A stretch of 59,546 nt of DNA, the filler included, from Circinaria calcarea (lineage: Eukaryota): the NCBI GenBank assembly GCA_051942165.1. It is 3 parts of 3 records of this genome, joined end to end, with 100 filler letters (N's around TTAATTAATTAA, not from the genome) between each part and the next. Parts side by side here need not be neighbours in the genome. Positions count along the whole stretch, not along the records: positions 39,781 to 59,546 come from JAVECS010000193.1; 2 more parts are not named here. The stretch is one strand, 5' to 3'. A program made the position numbers and the translations under genes. Under the pieces are notes generated by a model. The model saw only the letters and a program-made list of their open reading frames with translations. It did no database searches and was not told where the DNA came from. Below, in pieces: positions 51,701 through 59,546 of this stretch. Each line of letters opens with the position of its first letter. The first letter of the stretch is position 1.

Positions 51701-54441
51701 CCGAATCGCTCGAGAGGCTACTTGCGCAGCTTCAATGGTTAGCTCTCACAGACGGTCATGATGAGCTCATGACTGCAGTAGCTCTTTGTCGCAGCGTCTT
51801 ACCGATTGTGCAACAATACGGAAATACCCTTCGAGACGCTGTCGGCCGATACGCTGAGCTACATCAGTCTTTCTGCAACATGGCGTCTAAACTCACAGCT
51901 TCTTTCAAAGAGGTTCTTACGCATGGCTTCTGTAGTCCCTTGGAGAAATCAACTACGGAGGATGGCAGAACCGAGAAATTAGAAGGCGGTACGGGCCTTG
52001 GTGAGGGTGAAGGAGCAGAGGATATCAGTAAAGATATTCAAGAAGACGAGGACCTATCCGAACTTGCGCAAGAAGGCACTAAAGAAAAGAACCAAGAGGA
52101 TCTTGAGGAACAAGATGACGCTATTGACATGCAGCAAGATGAGTTGGAGGGAGAAAGCGGGAGCGGTTCGGAGAAGGGAGAAGATAACGACGGTGATTCG
52201 CTTAGAAGTGATGCTGAGAATGAAATAGACGAGGAAGTAGGTGCAGTAGATGATCTTGATCCTTCGGCGGTGGACGAAAGTATATGGGACACCATCGGAG
52301 AGAACGTTGAAAAAGAAAAGGAAGGTGATAAGTCAAAGGGCAAGAAGCAGGAAGAGATGACTGCGCAAGATGGATCAAAGGACGACATAGAAAAGGAAAC
52401 CAGGGAAGAAGACGACGAAGTAGACGAAATGGGGGCTGAAGAAGGGGAAGAAATAGCGCAGAAAGAGGAAGAGAAAATTTCTCACCACCTACCGGAAGGG
52501 CAGAATCTCGAATTACCCGAAGAGATGGAGCTGGACGGAGACAATAAGTCTGCCTCAGGCTCTGATAACGATGGTTTAGAAGATATGTCCGATGTTGATG
52601 AGGATAACTCTGGTAACGATGACCCAGAAGCTTTTGACAGCGAGTGTGAAGACGACAGAGCTCCAGGTGAAACGCCAGAGACGCTATCGCAAGAACTGGG
52701 GGATAAGGATGAAGAGGAGACTAGGAGAACCAAAGATGCTGGTTCCCCGGTTGATCCTGAGCCCGAAACCCAGGACCAAACTGACGATCAGGGAGTTCTG
52801 AGAGATCGTACGGATGACGCAGCTTATGATGCAGATAACACGGTACAAAGTGAAGTTCAGGGAACTGGTGAAGGTACCAGACGAGAGCACGAAATCCAAG
52901 AAACCGGAGAAAATGGTACACAAGGGGATCAAGGCCAAGACACCAAGTCTACAGAAAATAACTTCGCTCACTCCGCAACCGAAGATGGCGAATCAGGGCA
53001 GGCAGCAGATCTGTCACGAGGGGTGGAAGGTCCCGATGATCGAATGCAAGACAGCTGTGATAGTCAAGCTTTCAAGAAGCTCGGAGACGCGTTGGAAAGC
53101 TGGCACCGTCAGCGCCAACGAATTCGTGATGCCGATATTGAGAAACCTGATCAAGAACACCCTATTAAGACTGATGCATCCAATCAGGAGTTTGAGCACG
53201 TTCCAGACGAAGACGCGACAGCTGATACACAGGCCCTTGGAGCTGCGACGGAAGACCAAGCCCATACACTGGATAACCGAGCTCTTGATTCAGAAATGTC
53301 GCATCAACCTCAACATTTCCTTCCAGATGATGAGTTTCAGTCCGAAGTTGATGACTCCGAGCATGACATGGAAGGCATAGAGTTTAGGGCAGCAGAACAA
53401 AGCAATCCCCCCAAGCCGCTTCAGCTTGGCGCAGTAATTGGGAATGGTTTACAGAATCCTAAGCCGCATCAGTTAAACGGTCTACAGACTATGGATGATA
53501 ATGACATCGAGGATTTAGACAACGATCTCTCGACGGTACACCTAGAGAACAATGATCAGGATTTTCCCAGACTCGCAGAAGAAGCTCGTCGCCTCTGGGC
53601 CCACTACGAGACCATCACAAGAGACTTGTCCCTATCGCTCACTGAGCAACTCCGACTCATCCTCGCTCCCACACTTGCCACGAAAATGCGCGGTGACTTT
53701 CGAACCGGAAAACGCCTAAATATCAAACGCGTCATTCCTTACATTGCCTCCCAGTACAAACGCGACAAGATTTGGATGCGACGTTCGGTTCCATCCAAGC
53801 GAAACTATCAGATTATGCTCGCCGTCGACGACAGCAAGTCCATGGGCGAGAGTGGAAGTGGCCAGCTAGCCTTCGAAACACTCGCGCTGATCAGCAAAAG
53901 TCTGAGCATGCTTGAAGTCGGCCAGATCTGCATCGTCGGCTTTGGCGACGAGGTCCGAATCGCGCATCCGTTCGACCAGCCCTTTTCGTCCGAAGCGGGC
54001 GTGAAGGTTTTCCAGCACTTTGGCTTCCAGCAGAAACAGACCAACGTCCAGAAGCTCGTCGCCGAGTCCATTAATCTCTTCCGCGAGGCAAAGAGCACAA
54101 TGCTCAATACCGCAGTGGATCTGTGGCAATTGGAGCTAATCATCAGCGACGGAGTGTGCGAGGATCACGAGTCCATTCGGCGTTTGGTGAGACAGGCCCA
54201 GGAGGAGCGCATCATGATTGTGTTTGTGATTGTGGATGCGTTGAGGGGAGAGTCGATTATGGATATGACGCAGGCGACCTTTGAACCCGATGCCAGCGGG
54301 GAGACCAAGTTGCAGATCAAGAGGTACCTCGATAGGTTTCCGTTTGGGTATTATCTGATTGTGGGAGATGTGAAGGGGCTTCCGGGGGTGCTAGCTGCGG
54401 CTTTGAGGCAGTGGTTCGCGGAGGTGGTGGAGTCTGGTTAA
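39781..54441 (+). CDS. MDN1: Midasin (Rea1) dynein-related AAA ATPase for 60S biogenesis; 5' end lost in gap; introns cluster at 46642-48130
   Basis: Six tandem AAA modules (GETGTGKT, GPTSSGKT, GNTGCGKT, GSPGVGKT, GPSGSGKS; LLDEINLA etc.), long linker, D/E-rich tail, and MIDAS domain (RGDFRTGKRLNIKRVIPYIAS, AVDDSKSM, IISDG). Confidence 0.98.
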
Positions 54442-55892
54442 GTAAAAGCGAAGGAAGGTGCGGGTTTACTGTACTTGTGCTTTTAAAGGCGATTGCTAGT
54501 TTTTGTAAATAGACGGAATGGAAGTTAATATATTGCAAGTCCTTGGTGAATTCCACCCAGTCCTCGTATTTACAACTATTTGAACATCATTTCAACCTCT
54601 TCATACACTTCCACCAGCATCCGTCTACCACTATACTCCTAGTAAGAAATCCCCAAAGTCCCCAAAGGGCCCCATTCTACAACACCCACAGCTTACTCCA
54701 ATCCGTCATCAGACTCTCCCTCAACGAACCTCCTCCCAAACGAAGCACACCCACGGCAGAAAGACCAGCTTCCCGAAAGCGAGAGCTGAGTTCTAATAAC
54801 AAAGAGTCAGATACCAGAAGACGAGCGCCGCCGCCAGTTCCATCTGAGCCTGAAGTATCAGGCTACCATCTCGTGAACTGGCAGTATTTGAGGATAGGCT
54901 ATCATTGGCCCGCAACGCCTAGGAGGTAAGTTGGGGAGACGAGGATGCCTGATTCCCAGTGTTCCTTTCTCGTGTAAAAGCAATTACCTTCGGGTGCTGA
55001 TGTTCAGGGTGGTACAAACGAAGCGATGATCCCGTTGCTACCGTCTGCACCGGGTGATGGAAGCACAGCCGGGGCTGGAGGGCCTTCTCGTCCTTCGACT
55101 CCCTTGCGCATGCCGGCATCCTTTGGCGAGGCCCAACAGTCAACTAGTTCGCCATCCTCCTGGAGCTCTCTCTCTCTCTCTTCGGCCTTGCCCGTCTTCA
55201 TAACGTCACCCTCCCTTCGCCCCCCCCCCCTCTTATCGTACTTCACGTTTTCGCAATCCCTTCGGAATGGCGCTCCCAGTACCAGAGACCGGCGGGCAAA
55301 TACCGGGGGCCTTGAGCCTGAAAGAAGCCATCGAGGAGGCGGCACGGGTTCGAAAAGGGTTATGGTGGCTAGAGGCCTATACTGAGCATCGAAGAAGGAG
55401 TTTAGAGCCCGACGTATTATAGTACTTCCAGCGGATTACTTTCTCGGTACGTTCCCCATTCCGGAGAGCGATCATATACTCAGGTATCTGCCCGTTTTCG
55501 GTCACTTGCCTCCTCCGCTTGACGACGACGACGACGAAGCACGGTTTCTGAAGCGGGATATGAGAGGCAAGACTAGGACTTCGGTGTTTTCGAAGTCGGG
55601 TATATTGAGAGAACAATAGAATATTATTGGTGTTTCTTACGCATCGGAATTGGGCTTTATATGAATCATCGACTTATGGACTGAGATAAACAGAGAGCAT
55701 GCCAGAGACACTTGGATCATGTTACGTTCTGCTTAAGCAACACCCCCATAGAGACTTGAGATGTTACTGTAGCTGAGCGTGTGATACCACTGCTGGTGTA
55801 CCTATGCCTATGGAAAGAAATTTCGACCTTGTAAAGGCACGAATGATGTGGCAGACGGCCACCGTTGGCCGTATATACCGAAGGAAACTTGT

Positions 55893-57113
55893 CTACCACC
55901 CATATTTACTTCCAGCTTCTTTCTTGTTCCTCCGACCACTTGCAAATTGCTCCTCCAGTGCATCTTTCTGGGTGTTTGCAGCATTGACCAGTTGCTTGAG
56001 ACTGTGCTTGCCCGAAGCTAGTGCTCTGACAGGATTATGCTGTACCTGCTCACCAGCTTGCCGGAGAAGCTCATTCGATGCATATTCCTGGTCGGTATTG
56101 AAATTCACAATGTTGATAGATGAAGTATCATTTTTGCCACTTCTTTGACGGCCTAGCAGCTGCCGTTTTGCAGAAGCAGAGAGATTGAGGTCCGCGGCTA
56201 TCGAGTCGAGAGATTGAGAGGTATTGTCGAGATTGCCAGGAGGTTGGTGATAGCCACCAGAACTGGCATTGTCGACGACTTCAAGTTCCGTTTCCCCAAA
56301 AGTGTCGAGACCAGGTCGCTCAGCGTTGCCATCCGACTTTTCGTACAATAAGGTTCGGTATTCCCCTGTAGATCTAGTAATGCTAGGATGGTCGTCGTCG
56401 GTACTTCCTATGGAAAATAATGAAACTTTGGAAACGGGCGTAGTCTGCTCTACCGTGTCATTGCGTGCATCAAGCGGTGTATTTGGCAAGTTTTCCGTGC
56501 CTTTCTTCTTTTTCTGAGGCTTTCTGGCTACTGACAGTGGCTTGAACATCATTGGATTTCCCTGCTTTTTAGGTTCCGCTTCTTGGGTATCTACACCATT
56601 CAAGGGACCAAGTAGTAGAGCTGTAGTACTGGCCGAATTGGAATTTGGCAGTTGTATTTCTGAATCCCTGCCTGCAAGTTCGGTGGTCCTATCACCATTT
56701 CCAACGTCGACGTCGCGATCTGGCATGGGTTCTCGACTAAAACCTGGTGCACTCCCTGTCTTCAAGCTGACACCACTCCCCAGTGCACCTTTGCGAATAC
56801 CACTGCTGGTCGACGCTCCATTGCTTACTACAGCTCGCTTCGGCGAGGGTAGTATGGAGTTGAAATCGCTGAAAGCTCCAGGTCCGATTTTCGTTCTCTT
56901 TGCAGGAGGTTCATTGCCATCCGCGTCAAGATCTTGATCCACCTTCGAGGTTTCGGGCAAGCTGACCTTGATTTTATGTGGATTTGAGCTATCGATGACT
57001 TTCTTAAAGATGGGTTTCGAAATTTTTGGAGCAGAATTATTCGGGGGTACTCCCCTGAGAGGAGCCTCCTCACCTCCTGAGTCCTCTGAATCTGAGTAAC
57101 CAACAAGAGTCAT
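55893..57113 (-). CDS. PRCC-family (mitotic checkpoint regulator, MAD2B-interacting) protein
   Basis: N-terminal MTLVGYSDSE and C-terminal GKHSLKQLV...LEEQFASGRRNKKEAGSKYGW; single exon. Confidence 0.85.
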   Translation of the reverse strand: MTLVGYSDSEDSGGEEAPLRGVPPNNSAPKISKPIFKKVIDSSNPHKIKVSLPETSKVDQDLDADGNEPPAKRTKIGPGAFSDFNSILPSPKRAVVSNGASTSSGIRKGALGSGVSLKTGSAPGFSREPMPDRDVDVGNGDRTTELAGRDSEIQLPNSNSASTTALLLGPLNGVDTQEAEPKKQGNPMMFKPLSVARKPQKKKKGTENLPNTPLDARNDTVEQTTPVSKVSLFSIGSTDDDHPSITRSTGEYRTLLYEKSDGNAERPGLDTFGETELEVVDNASSGGYHQPPGNLDNTSQSLDSIAADLNLSASAKRQLLGRQRSGKNDTSSINIVNFNTDQEYASNELLRQAGEQVQHNPVRALASGKHSLKQLVNAANTQKDALEEQFASGRRNKKEAGSKYGW

Positions 57114-57384
57114 GTCTGCAAGCTTGAAATCCGGTCTCTTGAAGAGAGCTCTATGAAGTGGATTATCGATTTTAGACTTCCACATGGCCTATGGCGCTTA
57201 ATTGCCGCCACGGCCCGTCCTTAAGCCCGAGAAGCCTAACAGCGTTGAAGGACAAGTGGACTAACCAGAACAAGTCAGGCATCAAGCTCCTGCAATATGT
57301 GTATGCTTGTGAGTAAGTTACTATCTCGATTTCAGTAACGCGCTTTAGCATTCAAGTTCTTGCGCACTTTGATAATGGTTTAGA

Positions 57385-59546
57385 ATGGCTTTACTACAAA
57401 ACGAAGAGTAAGTCAAATTTCATTATGTAACACAGCGTGATATATCTCCTTTTCAACGCATTTTATTTATGCATATTAGGGGTCGTTTATAGAGAAGCAT
57501 GCTGAGGTGGAGCTAATTGACTTGTAGTTTTCTCATTTGGCAACTGCGGACGTCCTATTTGACACATATCAAAGATGGTGTTGGCGAACGTCTCATTAAT
57601 GTTGATTCTGGAATCCTCAATGACCCAAGCTTTCGTGCCGCAGGATGGTCGGCAGACATTGCCGACATGTCGAGGACTTACTCTCCCCCAATTCCCACTG
57701 CGGTAACCTCTGATTATTTCTCTGCTCCAATCCGCTCCGCGGGTTTTGCACCAGTAGGCTTTGGGGAAGAGGAGGAGGAAGGGGGAATAATTACGGGAGG
57801 GGGAAGTAATGAGACAGTTGGCCCAGGGCTAATGGCCAGAAGAAGACGACGAAGAGAGCAGCACGAAGAGGATGATAGTAGCGATTTGAGCGACGAGAGC
57901 GATGAGGACACTGAAAACACCCAGCGGTATGCATTTCTACTGATCCGTTCTTCTAACCGTTCTGACTAGGCACTCATTTCCTCTAGTGCTGCTCAGCAAA
58001 TAAAATTTGCCAAAATGCCGGTACGAACAAGATCTGGATCATCGCCTATCCGTAGCCTGAGTATTCGAGATGGGCCTGAAGTTCTCATCACTTCGCCATC
58101 ACGACGCTCAGCCGAAGGGAGGTTCCGCAGGGGTTCCTTAGGTACCGTTGAAGCAGTAAAACAGCGAGCTAGGCGAGACACGACGACGAGCAGCGATATG
58201 TCCTCGGAGAATGAGCTTGACCCTTCAGTATTCAAGCGTAGACAGGTTAACCCAGTTCGAACCGCAAGGAACAGTAACTTCCTCATGGAGAAGCATGAAG
58301 AAGAGCAGGAGCAGCAACGAGAAATGACTAACACTGGTGACGAAGAATCTGGTGAAGAATCTGATGAAACCAGTTTGTCGTCAGAGTTTGCAGAAGACGC
58401 TGATTCAGAATCACTGCTTGACGATGTCAATGAGACGCTTGCAACTTCTGCGTTAACGAACCTACCGCCAGGCATGACAATGAATCCGCCATCGCCTAAA
58501 AAGACCAGAAACGTAGCGTCCAATGTTCTTCAGGCCTTGCCTCCGCCGCGGCCTATTAGTACCATCCTACCAGCTAGTGCTTTAGGTCAAGCTATTCGGG
58601 CTCGAAAGTCAAAACCTAAGAATCCAGTGGAGTCTTTTGCAAGGCTTTCAGGGAAGGGGGTGCCAGATCCCTTGAACATTAAGATTTATGCTCCATTCTC
58701 TGAGACGCCTAGCAAACCCTTCGACATGCCTCTACAACGCACGGTGCAAGAGGGCAATAGTGCCGACAAGTCAAAGGTAACTGTTGCAGACGCCATTGGT
58801 CTGAGCTTATGGCGATACCACGAAGAAGGCTTGAAGCCACCTCTTCCCAAGGCTAAGCTAGATGTTAACCGATGGACGCTGAGGATGATTGATGACGGGG
58901 AGGTTGATTACGATTTTCCCGCACTAACCCGTACGAGTGCAATGGCTGAGTTTACCTCGAACAATAACCGAGCTACTGCTACTCGTGGAAGGTCTAGGGG
59001 TAAGGACTATGATGAATTTGCGCTTGTTGAAGCTACGGAAGCGCAGTTCGCGGAAAATCAGAAATTAACACCCAAGTACACACAACAAGTTGAAGGTCTT
59101 GACGAGGAACCGATAAGTAACGAATCCGGATCAGCCGCCTCAGAGGCGGTCAATGCGAATGCTACTTCATTCAGCAATACCGTAGTCGATATGCCATTTG
59201 CAAAAAGAAAGCAATCCGAGACTCTAGCCGACAAACCAGCCTTCTCTGTAACGCATTCAACACCCCGAATGGGTCCTCCAAAGATGTTAAAAGTCCACTT
59301 TACAAGTTTAGAAGCCTTTAGTCAAACCAACACCATTGAGGTCACCACCGATACCTATATTGCCGAGGTCCTGGACAACGTCTGTAAGAAATGGAACCTG
59401 GATAAAGCCCATCACTTCCTCCGTGTTACAGGTACCAGCACCGTCGCGCCTCTTGATCGCACTGTAGAGTCTATCGGTGCTCGGACCGAACTCGACCTGG
59501 TTCGCCGCCGTTTCGCCCACGATGGCGGTCTGGGCTTGATGGGCTC
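57385..59546 (+). CDS. SIN1: TORC2 subunit Sin1/Avo1; 3' end outside window
   Basis: Exon 1 MALLQNE, intron 57408-57527, FLIWQLRTSYLTHIKDGVGERLI, second intron near 57927-57986, CRIM-like VADAIGLSLW...RWTLRMIDDGEVDYDFPAL, then an RBD-like segment. Confidence 0.88.

Overview
Eukaryotic DNA from a filamentous ascomycete (Pezizomycotina; short GT-AG introns with CTRAC-type branch points). Three contigs (1-19791, 19892-39680, 39781-59546) are joined by artificial 100-nt N/TTAATTAATTAA linkers, so adjacency across the joins is not established. Contig 1: COG3 3' end, a decayed coiled-coil repeat pseudogene with RIP-like stops, CaM kinase CmkB, an AMMECR1 protein, a QDE-2-like Argonaute, RNA14 and ASF1. 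Contig 2: a lysophospholipid acyltransferase (truncated by the gap), a tandem in-frame ORF pair behind a STRE-CRE-STRE promoter, isovaleryl-CoA dehydrogenase, an RfeG-like protein, an Arg/Glu mixed-charge repeat protein, a small secreted Cys protein and a type I membrane protein. Contig 3: midasin, a PRCC-family protein and SIN1/AVO1. No CRISPR array, rRNA, tRNA or intact transposon was recognised. Best leads: (1) a candidate bicistronic/leaky-scanning stress locus at 22.1-23.2 kb; (2) an Argonaute with signs of two promoters and two N-termini; (3) an open-frame terminal intron in RNA14; (4) a repeat gene possibly inactivated by RIP on its own repeats. Gene calls come from motif recognition by eye, with no database search.
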